Shown: positions 36,273 through 48,617, counted from the first letter of the whole stretch. The stretch is DNA of 63,965 nucleotides, filler included, from Folioceros fuciformis (GCA_049999805.1; 22 parts of 22 records of this genome joined end to end with filler, not necessarily neighbours in it); one strand, 5' to 3'. Notes: a model not told the origin generated them from the sequence alone. Numbers and translations are program-made.

Positions 36273-37851
36273 TGTAAATAAAGCGGAAGCTCTCGTGCAC
36301 ACGAAACAAGTGCACAAGCAGGAATTAATTTAATTAAGACAAAGTATGCTTAAATACAAAAATGTCTGTGTAACCCTAAGTTACTGTTTAATAAACAACC
36401 CTAAATAAATTAACCTAAGGGCGTGGTTAAACACCATTTACTAACACTCCCTCTTAACCCGTCCGCAGGGTTAATAAACCGAGTGCCTTATTGACGATCC
36501 GTGCATGCATTACATTCAGGCGCGAGGTGTGTTCCTTGCGACAATCTCTTCGCATACTCCAGTACGCAGCATGGAAGCCACACCTGCACCATGGAGCCTT
36601 CTTATTCAAGTGATTGCGGTGGAGAGCACAATGGCTCGGCTCAAGCACTGTGGACTCCCCAGGCAGAAGCGATCACGAACTCCACTTGAGCTGAAGAAGG
36701 TGTCCCAGTACAGCACAAATGAGGAGGATAGTGACCTGAAGGATCGCCAGATTAGGGTCAAGCTTGAGCATGACGACAAGGGGAAGACCAGCGCTCCCTC
36801 TAGACGGAGGACAGCCCAGCAACTCGCTCCCTCTGTTGCCACTCAACCTGCAAGCCCTAGCTCCTGGTGGCCTACCCAAACAGAACGCAACCTCTTGTGG
36901 CATCTCCACAAAACGCTGGAGAAATGTGATGAATTGAAGACTGTCCTGAATTCTGCAAAAGAGAGGACGTAGGAACTCGAAGCTCTGCTGCAGGAGTCGC
37001 AGCCCAAGGACATCTTAGCTCATCCGCTGACACCTGCTGAGTGTAGGGCTGTCATACGAGAACTGGAGCTCCTGGGCTACATCTACAAGCCACCGTCCTA
37101 GCTAGGTAAGCTCACTTCTGTTTGTTTTGGCAGCATTCACGATTGGGTTTAGCAGGACTGCTTCATCCACTGAACGTGCCATGTGTTTCTCAACCTGTAT
37201 GCAGCACACAGATAGCATGGGGACATGCCCTGTCCACAGGGAACCAAGGAAGTTTGCCTGTAAAGCAACCCCTGTGTGGACATGTCATTTTCCTGTCAGC
37301 TGTCACTGCTGTTGTCATAGGTTGGTATAGATCTTTTTTGGCTGAAGTAGGCATAGAGAACACCCTTAGCCCTAGGGCTGCAAGGTGCTTGTTGTGCTTT
37401 GGCTTACTCAAGCCTTTTGTAAGAATAGCAGCCACGTTGTCGTCAGTGCTGACATACTCCACTTTTACTATGCCTCTTTCAGCCACATATCGAATATAGT
37501 GATGATAAAGCTCGATATGCTTGGTTCTCGCATGAAAACGAGGGTTGGAGACCAAGGCTATGGCAGACATGTTGTCGCAAAACAGCAGAGTTGGCCCTTG
37601 CTGAGGTAAGTGCACAGCATCTAAAAATTGTCATTCCCATTCTAACTCCTTGCATGCATCTGTCAGGGACTTATATTCGGCTTCAGTCGAAGACAAAGCA
37701 AGGGAAGTATGTTTCTTACACGACCAGTTAACAGCCCCTTGAGCTAGCAAGAACACATGGACAGAAAGGCTTTTCCTTGTGTCCGCATCCGACGCCCAGT
37801 CGGCATCAGCAAAAGAGGACAGGTGAAATTCCCTCCTGCCAGTGCTTGTAT
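36273..37851 (-). mobile_element. Ty1/copia RNase H, extended 3' region, PPT and 174-bp 3' LTR (36273-36446)
   Basis: ADADWASD, CDNMSAI..HARTKHIE; GGTTAAGAGGGAG|TGTTAG...TTTACA. Confidence 0.9.
36631..37101 (+). pseudogene. Antisense accessory ORF in the copia 3' region (156 codons, one internal TAG)
   Basis: CACA-ATG-GCT start, MARLKH...; the frame continues past TAG 36970-36972 to TAG 37099-37101; heptad-like segment. Confidence 0.5.
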
Positions 37852-37951
37852 NNNNNNNNNNNNNNNNNNNNNNNNNNNNNNNNNNNNNNNNNNNNTTAAT
37901 TAATTAANNNNNNNNNNNNNNNNNNNNNNNNNNNNNNNNNNNNNNNNNNNN

Positions 37952-38505
37952 GGGCCTGGCCGCGCCCCGGCGGCCGGGCCTCACACCCCTGATAGCCGGC
38001 CCCAGGACACTCGAGCGGCCTGGCTAGCGCCTGGGTAGCTTAGCGTCCCTGCGGCGCCTGTGCTGCCTGGTGGCCTCGAGCGGGGCGGCCTGGGGACTGG
38101 CACCTTGGATGGCGCCCCGCGCCCCCTCGCACTACCCGGGCCAGGCGGTGTTTGCGCCCGCGACGCTTGGTGCCTACCTGCGCTCGTGGCGTCCTCCTCT
38201 GCTCACGGCCCGTGCTTACTGCGGCTTGGCTCCCACTCCGGCGAGCTAGAGCTCCTTACACCTCCAGATGCCACACATGGCCAATCACTCCGACGCTACC
38301 TTGCGCACCGAGTTCGCAGTAGCAAGAGCCATAACCCTTGCTCCACAATCCAAGCTCCACAACCTGAGCTCTGATACCACTTGTAGGATCGCTAGAAGGA
38401 GCTACATGGTGAAGGAGGAGAGGAGGAGAGACATTGTGAGAGTGTGACCTCTCCTTCTCTTGGCCTCTCCTCCCTCACCATGTAGCTCCTTCTAGCGATC
38501 CTACA
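37952..38505 (-). mobile_element. LTR element 5' region: PBS-Met and a rearranged palindromic LTR (38382-38505)
   Basis: TGGTATCAGAGC on the minus strand at 38379-38368; LTR end homologous to 49013. Confidence 0.85.
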
Positions 38506-40782
38506 CCTCCGGCTGCTACTTCCCCCTACTCAGTCCTCTTGGCACAAGTCGCTCTTCTAGAGCGCCTGGGTACAGTCGCCTCCGCCAGCCAGCACCTCTT
38601 CGGCTACCGGGGTCGGGGCTTCGGCTACCGGCGTCGTCCCTCCTCTACTGGTTGCCCCTTCCTCTACCTCCGGCGTCGCGTGATTATCGGTAGCCCCTTC
38701 GGCTACCGGCGTGGCTACTCGACTACTGGTAGCCCCGTTGGCTACCGGCACTGTTGCTCGACTACCGGTAGCCCCTTCGGCTAGCGGCGTTGCCGTTCGA
38801 GTACTCCGCCCAGCCTTGCCCTTCCCCTTCACTCGCTCCCTGGCCTCGTCCTGCTCTCGTTTATACTTGTCGGCCAGCTTCTAGACTTGTTCCACTGCAG
38901 CCATCTCCTACTCCTTAGCCCTAACCATCTCCTGTTGCATTTCCAGATTAGTCTCATGGGCTTCCCTCACCTGAGCTAGGGGTGTCCCCTGTTGCTCCTT
39001 CATCGCCTGTATCTCTGCCTTTGCCTGGCGCGCTTCTTCCTCCACCTGTGCCGTGTCCTCACTCAGGACCTACTGCTTCTCTTCCAGGAGCCGCCGTGTC
39101 GTCTCGGACTCCGCCAGTTGCCTCCAGGCTTCGGCCTCCTTCCCTCGACGCCTCTCCTCCTTGCTCCAGGCCTCAACCTCCCTCTCCGCTTGCATGCTCA
39201 GCCAGGTCAGCGCCCTGGCCGCCTGGTCCAACAGGTCCGCTTATGCTTGCACCAGTGCTGAGGTTAGTCCCGGCAGATCCACCTCCTGTGACTCCATAGG
39301 GGCAATTCTCCTCTTGGTTATCTATCTTCCCAGCAACGCCTGCAGCCTCTCCAGCTCCCCTACCTGCCGCCTATCCACCTGAGGAATTCTCCTAAAAACC
39401 TCTTCCCATCCTGGGAAGGCTTCCTGTTCCAGAACGTGCTCTAATTCACTCATCACCTCAAGAGGGGTCACTTCCATTTCTGGCACCTACTTCTGAGGTG
39501 CCTTTGGCTCTTCCACATTCTGTTCCTGCTCTGCTGGCTCTTGGGCAGCCGCCAGTTCCTGTTCATTCTGCTCCGGGGCTGCCTCTTGTGGCACTGATCC
39601 GCTTCCTCTCCTGGAGACCTGCCCACTGGCTCGTCTCTTTTTGGCAGGAGTTTTCTTCCCCTGCTCCGCCTTCCTCTTCTGCATGGTGGCCGTCTCCTCC
39701 TTTGAGCTGTCCGCGCCTCCCGACTCCTAGCTGCTGGAGTCAGCTCCCTCTGGCTCGGCGGGCTTCCACTTCACGTCCCTTATTGGCCTACACATATGCA
39801 ACGAGGCGAGTACCTCCAGTTCAGACACAAGGTTAGCATAACAATAAATATGTACTAGGAAGGGGGAGATCATCGAAGGCCGAGGAGAAGGCAGGGATAA
39901 AATCTGCCTTTCCTCGTCCATCCTGGCGTACAGGATCCAATCCAACTTGCTCCCCTTGACAACCTCGTGCACGAATAGAAGCATTTGATCCGACAAGTAA
40001 TCATGCTTGCGAATCTCCAGGAAGCTGAGAAACCACCTGGCCAGCCCATTAGCTGGGGATTGGCCATGTCGCGGATCAGCCACCCGTTGGCTTCCCGTTT
40101 GGTGGCCGGCTTGAACAGCACCTCGACATCCACTGTGCTGCCACGCTTCTTCAAGGACTCTAGCACGAGTCCTCCCTCCTCCTCTTGGTTGCGGCCATAC
40201 ACCTGCCTAACCAGCTCCAGGTTCCAATCCTAGGGTCTACCTTTGATCCCTTCTTCTCAGACTAGCTCGCTCAGCCTCAGGGCGCACTCCCTGACCAGTC
40301 GCTGCGCCGCGTGGTTCCACCTCTGGGTCAAGAACCCGAGGCCTAGTTCTTCGACCAGCCCTCCAGCTTTGACCCTCCAGTGCTCCATGTTGGGCCACAG
40401 GAGCACATCGATCTTTGGGACAGGAGGTCCTTCCCCCTATCCAGTCGCCATTACTCCCGGCAGCAACTCTAGAAGAGACCTCATTCTACCTGGTCACCTC
40501 TCGTGCTCCGAACGTCGCTGGCCTCTTGCACCTATGGTCGCAAGGCGTCCTCTGCCCGCTCCACTCCGTTGCCTTAGCGCTCGCCCTACTCCTGGCTGTC
40601 GTTGCGCTCCATGGCTACTCTTGCTCTCGCTCCAACTCGCGGACGCTCCTGCTTTGAATACAGCCTAAGTTCCCCTGACTTCCCTTAAGGTTTTATACCG
40701 GCCGTTCCCATTCCACTATCGCCCGTTGGGCTATCGCCGGTTCCCCTTCCACGACGGTCGCCCAACCGGCTACCGTCGCCCA
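38506..40782 (-). mobile_element. Retrotransposon accessory gene remnant (copy 3, longest): TATA 40697-40691, candidate ATG 40612, conserved domain, coiled coil, 13-aa repeats
   Basis: LWPNMEHWRVKAGGLVEELGLGF...NGWLIRDMANP..GLARWFLSFL..HDYLSDQMLLFVHEVVKGSKLDW; E/R/Q-rich 39400-38830; TPVAEGAT repeats 38790-38590. Confidence 0.7.
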
Positions 40783-41330
40783 NNNNNNNNNNNNNNNNNN
40801 NNNNNNNNNNNNNNNNNNNNNNNNNNTTAATTAATTAANNNNNNNNNNNNNNNNNNNNNNNNNNNNNNNNNNNNNNNNNNNNAATGACTTAAAAGTCCGT
40901 TGAGACGAGTCAAAATTGGAAAAGTTGTACTGACTTAAAAGTCCGTTGAGATGAGTCAAAATAGGAAAAGTTGGCATGTGGGTACTATGGAACACCGATA
41001 AGGACACGCCCACCCTCTCCTGTTCATTTTCTCATACATATTTTATACGGGCATAGATTTAAGAATCTATCACATATTCTTATACTCTACATTGCCAGGT
41101 CATTGGGCATACCTCAGCAGGCATAGACAAGATTTGTTTTCTTCTCATTGTATGGGGTCTTCTCATTATATGGGGCATGCAGGCCGATTCCACACAACCC
41201 TTTGATTTTTAAGGTTCGTATCACACACAACGATCATTAAAGATAACGGCTTAGACACAATCTTCAAAGTTATAGCTTAGACGCATAATGGAAAAATCTA
41301 CCAAACACACGTATGGTGGGGAGATCACCA

Positions 41331-41405
41331 AGGAGGAGGCTGGCATGCATAAACTGCTCCACACCGGCAGGGTGTGGAGAAATTTATGCATGCCAACCTC
41401 TTCCT
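41331..41405. other. 75-nt near-perfect hairpin
   Basis: AGGAGGAGGCTGGCATGCATAAA/TTTATGCATGCCAACCTCTTCCT (21 of 23 Watson-Crick pairs) plus CTCCACACC/GGTGTGGAG with a 5-nt loop. Confidence 0.85.
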
Positions 41406-41841
41406 CCTTCCCTCTAGTCTAGTCGACGCCCTCTAAAGGTGTGGATGCTTATGAGCTAATTTGGCAACATAAACCAAATGCCGCGGTTTCCTTAGAATAG
41501 TGTTGCATGCTAGAGGCATGATGTGAGGAGGTATTTTCTTCTCTCCAAGCAAAGGTTTTGTGAACGGGGTGCTCAATATGTTGAACAACTAAATGCTTCT
41601 AAGACGCCCTCCGAGTTTTGGAGATGTGCAAGAATCTAGGGCCTTCATCAACACCACTTACAATCCATTTTCATAAGTCTCATTCCCATTCTACTCCACC
41701 CTCAGGCTGTATTGCCAACCTCCTCGAAGCGTTTTGTGCAAATGACAAAAATGATGGCTAACAAAGTTATGAAGTTTACCGTCTTCAGTTGAAAGGGGTT
41801 AGCTAAGTATTCCATATGCCGTGTTTGCAAGCTTGTGCAAG

Positions 41842-42810
41842 TGTAGACGAAAAAAATGTTTAAACATCCCTTAGACCAAGTGTAAGACTAGGTGTTTTTT
41901 TGTGTTTTTGGTAAGATGGATGCGAAATCGGCTTAGGTTGTGAATAGGCCGGGGTATTTATACTCAAGACCTCCTTGGGTCTCGAAGTTTTGAGGTAGGC
42001 ACAGGATTGACCAATAACTGGTCCGTGGACCAGGTCGGGGTGGATGCTACTTGGTCCTTGGTCCTCGATATTTGAACAAGTTCTAGGAAACCTATATAAG
42101 GACCCCCCCCCTCATATCCATAGAGTAAGGAGTGATCAGCCGGGGAGGAAGGAGCTGGGGACTTAGGCTGAAAAGGAAGGTAGATATGACTCAATAACAG
42201 TCGGGGAAGACATATCGCCGTCGTGGAGAGCGGAACTGGTAGCAAAACCTTTGGGGCGTAGTGGAACCGAAGCGTCGCAGACAAAAGGAAACCCTAAGTC
42301 TGAACCCAAGGGTCCCAAGGTATTTTCGAAGTGGAGCGCAACCACAGCAGGAGCAGTGTCGGTGAACGAACGTGGCGGACAAGACGCAAGGTGCAGACGA
42401 ACGCGCCAGACACAGGAGGAGCTTGAGCACAGCGGTTGCTTGGACAAGCTAGAGGAGGAGCGGAGCGCATTGGTATCAGGAGGGGAGGCAGTAGCAGCGC
42501 CTAGGGCAACTATGGAGCGGAGACCGATGGAAGGAGTAACCACAGACCTGGCGCCAACGGAGTCATCAAGGGACGCCGCGCTGGAGCTGTTGCCTTAGGT
42601 GGAGCTATCCCTCTGGCCTAACATGGACCATTGGAAGGCCAAGGCTGGAGGGCTAGTAGAGGAGCTAGGCCTCGGGTTCATGGCCAAGAGGTGGAACCAT
42701 GTGACCCCCGCTCTGGTGCAAGAGTGCGCGCACCAGCTGCGGAACAGGACCAAAGGAGAAGGGACCAAGGAGAGACCCCAGGACTGGGACGTATAGCTAG
42801 TCAGGATGGT
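41842..42810 (+). mobile_element. Putative LTR end at 41842 followed by accessory ORF copy 4 (~42330-42810)
   Basis: TGTAGACGAAAAAAA terminus; LWPNMDHWKAKAGGLVEELGLGFMAKRWNH matches copy 3. Confidence 0.7.
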
Positions 42811-43253
42811 TGTGAACGAAAAAAACTTTCGGAGTCCCCATTTTGAGCGACGGAATGAGCAGGTTGTGATTGTGATTTTTTTTGTGAAGGGACAGGCGAA
42901 TCGGCTTAGTAAGCGAGTAAGACCAGGGTGTTTATACCCAAAGTCCACCTTGGGCTTCGGGGTTTGGGGGTGTACTGGAGATCGGGACAAGGAGGAAGGA
43001 GGAAGCAGCGAGTGCTTCCCTGACCCTCGAGTCCTTGAGAACATTCAGGTAGGCCAAAGTAAGGGCCGAGACGACGGGGCGACGGTAGCCGGCAGGGCAA
43101 CCGTCGCCGGAGGAACGACTGGTGGTAGCCCGATGGGCGGAGAAAGCAGGCAGGGTATAAAAACCCTAGAGAAAGGGGAGCTTTGTCCAGTATCCGGAAG
43201 CGTGGGGAGCGGGAGTAACTTGAAGCGTAAAGTGGCTGAGGAAGGCGAAAGCG
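42811..43253 (+). mobile_element. Second copy of the same element end and promoter, nested in ORF copy 4
   Basis: TGTGAACGAAAAAAA; AATCGGCTTAG..TTTATAC block shared with ~41926-41965; 43075-43170 is homologous to the reverse complement of 40685-40782. Confidence 0.7.
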
Positions 43254-43557
43254 NNNNNNNNNNNNNNNNNNNNNNNNNNNNNNNNNNNNNNNNNNNNTTA
43301 ATTAATTAANNNNNNNNNNNNNNNNNNNNNNNNNNNNNNNNNNNNNNNNNNNNAGTAAGTAACCTAACCACTTAAGTACTATCTTTTCATCATTTTCACT
43401 TTATAACCCATGGGGAGTTGCAGGATCCTTCTGGGCATTAGAGAGAGAAGATAAGGAGTACAGTGAAGACTACATAGAGTTAGGGGAGGAAATTACTATG
43501 CTAGACCAGATGTGTGGACTGTAGGAAAAATACAATTACACATACTAGCTAGTTGTT

Positions 43558-44391
43558 TTAAACCTCTTGAATTCCTAACATTTTCATGTGTTTTAAATGT
43601 AGATCTCTCCCTAATGACTTTGTTGATAAATCAGCTGGATTGTTTTGTGTTGGTATATAAGTGATATCTATAGTGTTATCTTCCAACTTTTCTATGATAT
43701 AGTGATATTCAACAGCTATGTGTTTAGTTCTAGAATGGAAAACAGGGTTTCTAGCAAGTGCTATGGCGCCATGACTATCACTAAAGAGAGGTGTTGGTTT
43801 TTGCTGAAGGTGATTAAGTTCACTTAAGACTAGCCTAGACCATACAATATCCTTGGAAACAGAGGTTAGTACTCGATATTCAGATTCAGTACTAGACAAG
43901 GCAATGGTAGGCTGTTTCTTACTGGACCATGATATTGGAGCTCCTCTGAGAAGTAAAACATAACCTGATACGGATTTTCGTGTATCAAGGTCACCAGCAT
44001 AATCAGGATCAGCATATGCCGTAAGTGTTAATATTTTGATTGCTGGTGTATGCTTAAATGTCAGTCCTGTTTGCATAGTCCCTTTAAGGTAACGGAAAAT
44101 ACGCTTAACTGACATCCAATGTTGTTGTCTAGGGTTCTCCAAAAACTGTGAACAAGAGCTGACTTCAAAAAAAATACCAGGTCTAGTAAAATTGCTTAAA
44201 TATATGAGAGTGCCAACAGCATGTCGATATGGGACAGATGCCATTTCCAATTTCTCTTGAGCACTCTTAGGACTCATATCGGAAGTAAGCCTCATGCCAC
44301 TAGCAAAAGGTGTGGGTGCAGGCTTTGCATCTTCCATTCCAAACTTTGCTAAACTCTCCTTTATATACTTGGTTTGAACTATGCTCAACTT
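43558..44391 (-). mobile_element. Ty1/copia RT C-terminus and RNase H
   Basis: YRHAVGTLIYL, YADPDYAGD, SWSSKKQ, FHSRTKHI. Confidence 0.95.
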
Positions 44392-44491
44392 NNNNNNNNN
44401 NNNNNNNNNNNNNNNNNNNNNNNNNNNNNNNNNNNTTAATTAATTAANNNNNNNNNNNNNNNNNNNNNNNNNNNNNNNNNNNNNNNNNNNN

Positions 44492-45490
44492 AGGCTGCAG
44501 CAGTAATGGTGTCCAAGGCCAGATGTATAAGAGACCTAGTTAAGTCTCTCTCTTTAGACAATTTTAGGTGTGAGCTTCCGTGTGCTGAATTTGTGTGTTG
44601 TGGTTGGAGACATCTAATCGATGAAAGCCTGATTCGGCATGTTGTCCTCTCGTCACAAGAAGACTAGAAAGATCCATGGGTGGTTAACAGTTGTGTGACC
44701 CAGCTCCGCGACTAGTGTGGCTAGTGGAAGGCGTGCTTTGCACCTGTGAGGGAGAGAAATTTCTACAAAAGGTAACGGTGGGAATGCGAGTTTCGTGAAA
44801 CCCCTCTAAATCTAAGAGGGAGTGCAATTTCGCGGAACTCTTGTGAAGTTGTCCAGCTGTGATTTTTCCTTGCTCACTCCGCTATCTAACCAGGTCATGT
44901 CTTATCTCTGTGAGGGGTCTGTGTGGCCCAAGGAGGAGGATTAAGTGAAGATTTGGTGTGTGAGAAGTGTAACTGTTTGAAATTATGAAGTGCTGAAGAA
45001 GATTGGAGGTAGATTCCGTGGAGAATCAGTGATGCAGTGAAGCGCCGCGATACGGTTGGCCCTAATCTACATCTACCAGTGAGATCTGGTTGTAGAATCA
45101 TGTGAGTATGGCTTGGTGTGCATGAGATTCCTCCTGCACAGGCCATAGCCACTTTACATGCGTGGCCAGAAACCCCGCGTCATCTAGGCAGTGCGACATA
45201 CGTGTGCGCCAAACGGGTGGGTCCCACCATGGTGGTGGAATCCTCCACCAAGGTAACTGAATCCACTACCGCGGTGGCGGAACTAAGTACGGTGGCAGAG
45301 TTAGGAATGACAATGGTGAACCTAGTCACGGTGGTGGAGTACATCTAGGTAGGAACTAATAGTAGAGAGTCTAGAAGTCGTAGATTTAAAACCACTTAAC
45401 ACAAACCATTCCCTTAAGATCAAATCCTAGGACTATAACGATATAGAGGGTGAATGTGGGCCTCATTGTGTCCCTGGACACAGAATTACA
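44492..45490 (+). mobile_element. Putative LTR fragment related to 400-744
   Basis: Shares the ~55-bp block with 657-711; abuts and truncates the copia LTR at ~45490. Confidence 0.45.
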
Positions 45491-48450
45491 ATCCACACTT
45501 GTACTAACTACATATGCAAATAGATATACTAATGCATACATAACCTTACCAAAGAGCTTGCTGTCTAACACTCCCCCTCAAGCTCAAACTATTTTAAATA
45601 CTCCGAGTAGTTTATGAAAATGGAGGAACTTATCTCTACCAAGTGATTTAGTAAAGATAACTGCTGATCTTCAGTCTGCATGTGTTGTAGATTAATATTC
45701 CTGGTGTTAGTACCATTTCTCTAATGAAATGATAATGTACTTCAATGTGTTTCGAACGAGCATGAAACACTAGATTAGTAGCCAACATGATGCTACTCAT
45801 GTTATCGGAGTATATCTTCACTTTCCTATTTAAAACAATTACAAGATCATTGAGTAGCTTTTTTAACCAAGCTGCCTCACATGCTACCAATGCAGCTCCT
45901 CAATATTTTGCTTTCACGATTGATAAAGCAACTATTGGCTGCTTTTGGGTTTGCCAATTTATCATACTGCTACCCAAGCTAAATGCATAACCACTGGTTG
46001 ATCTCTTATCATAGGCACAACCAGCCCAATCAGCATCTGTATAGCCTGTTATCTCGAGATGTTTTCCATGTTCTTAGAATAATCCATAATTAGTGGTGGT
46101 TTTCATATATTGCAAGATTCTTCTCACCACATCCAAATGCGGTTTGCACGGTTTCTGCATAAATTGACTAACAAGTCCTAATGCATAAATTAGATTAAGA
46201 CGTATAATTGTTAAGTAGATCAAACTACCCACCATCTAACAATACATGGTAACATCCTCTAATTTTGTTCCAATGTCTATTTGCAATCTTACGTTTTGCT
46301 CTAATGGTGTATCCATAGCTTAGCAATCTCCCATGCCATACTTCTATAACATATCACAAGCACATTGTTTCAGCAACAACTAGATTTCTTGAGGTGTAGA
46401 TATAGCCTCAATTCCTAGAAAGTATATGAGTCCACCAAGTTCCTTCACTTTGAAGTCTTTTTGCAAACATACTTTGACTTCAGCAATCCCATCTTCATCA
46501 GCCACCTATAATGATCAAATCATCAACATAAATTACTAGAAATACCTTTCCTTTTGTAGTATGTTTGACAAAAAAACTAGGATCCGCGTCACCAATCACA
46601 AAACCAAGCTTCCTCAAATAACTAGTGATGCAAGCATTCCATGCTCTAGGCACCTGTTTCAATGCATGCAGTGCCTTTTTCAGTTTGCGTACAAATGTGG
46701 GAAACTTTGAATGCACATAGCCTTCACGTTGTTCCACATACACTTCTTCCTACAACTCACCATTCAAAAATACATTTCTAATGTCCATTTGCCATAGCTT
46801 CCATCCGTTAGCTACTATTAATGCTATAATTGTTTGGATAGTAGCCATTTTAGCTACAGGACTAAAGGTTTCCTGGTACTCAAGACCATATTGTTGTGCA
46901 TATCCCTTTGCAACCAACCTGGCCTTGAATTGCTCCAATGATCCATCTGATTTGAACTTCAACCTTATATACCCATTTTAAACCAATTAAAACTTTGCCG
47001 TCTGACAGTTGCACTAAGTCCCATGTTCCATTCCAGTGCAAAGTATTCTTTATCTATGGCATGACACCATTTTTCATCTGTCATTGCCTCAGCAAATGTG
47101 GTCGGTTCCTTACAAGCCGCGACCCTTGTCATGTACGCATAATGTTGGGCATTGTAACTTGTAGAATTGTATCTATCAATGGGTTTTCTAACCCTCTCCA
47201 ATCTTCTGAATTTTGGTTCACTTTGAACTTGCCTCTCATGAGGTGGTACATAACGAAGCTCTTTAGCACCTGGCGTTACCACAAATGGAATTCCAAGTTC
47301 ACTATCAAGACTACATTGCTTGGCGATTCATATTCCGCATCTTTAGCCTTCCTTCCTTCTTCATTGTCTACTCTCTCCCTCACTGACATATCCGTGTTAG
47401 TGTACTTTGGATGGCGACTCCGTAACCTACCAAACCATGGACTTACGGTTGGTGCTACATTAGCCGTATTTGCAAGAGTACTCTCAACAGTAGTTTTGTT
47501 TGTCAATTCGTCAGTACACACAACAATTGAGTTGCTATACCATGAGGCTAATTCATTAAACACTGCATCCTCGTTGATAAGGGTTTCATGTGTAGACAAC
47601 ACATAGCACTTACATGCCTTCCTTCCTTGTGCATACCCCAAAAAGACACTCTTTATCACTTTAGGATCTAGCTTCTTACACTTCTCATCATGTACATGCA
47701 CATATGCAATGCAACCAAAAACTTTCAAGTGCCGAATGTGAGTTTTATATCCATACAACCTCTCATATGGAATAGCACCATGAATCCCTGATATGGGAGT
47801 TTGATTCACCACATATACCGCAATCATAATAGTTTTAGCCTGATATGTATTTGGCAAGCATTTTTCATTTAGCATTGCCCTTGTTGATTCCATTACCACC
47901 CTATTTTTCCTCTCTGCAACACCATTTTTTTGTGGTGTATATCGATAAGTCAGTTGTCTGCGTATCCCATATTTCGCAAGATACCTATCAAATTCATTCA
48001 GACATACTCTCCACCTCCATGTGATCAAAGATAGGAAATGAAGTAGCTGAATTCATTTTCAGCATGCTTCTTGAAGTTTCTAAATGCATCAAATACTCAT
48101 TCTTATGCTTGAGTACGTACAACCAAGTGTACCTACTGAAATCATGCACAAATGAGACACAATAATGCAATCCACCAAATGATGTGTTCTGGGATGGACC
48201 CCATACCCCTAAATGTATTAGCTGCAATGGTCTTGTGCTAATTTTGCACATGTCTCATAAACGGAAATCTTATTTGCTTTCTAAATTGACATGCAGGACA
48301 CACATGTCCAAGATCAGCATACTTGAATTTAGGTAGTCCAAGCACTACACTTTTTGTTGCATAGATTTCAGCTTCTGTATGTTCACATGTCCAATCCTTT
48401 TATGCCATATGTCAACTTCGCGTATGGCACCTTCATCATTGGCGAACGTG
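45491..48450 (-). mobile_element. Ty1/copia pol (integrase, RT, RNase H), PPT and truncated 3' LTR
   Basis: NGVAERKNR, KARLVAKG, ETFSPVAK, YVDD, HARSKHIEVH; CTTGAGGGGGAG|TGTTAG at ~45570; many stops. Confidence 0.95.
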
Positions 48451-48617
48451 ACTAACCTCCCTCTCATTCCCCATGTTGTAGGACCACCCGGCCTCATCTT
48501 GATCTCCTCTCCTAGCCNNNNNNNNNNNNNNNNNNNNNNNNNNNNNNNNNNNNNNNNNNNNTTAATTAATTAANNNNNNNNNNNNNNNNNNNNNNNNNNN
48601 NNNNNNNNNNNNNNNNN

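Noticed and set aside
46995-47606. 203-aa plus-strand ORF
   Set aside because: Antisense to the copia integrase-RT linker; no independent coding signal.
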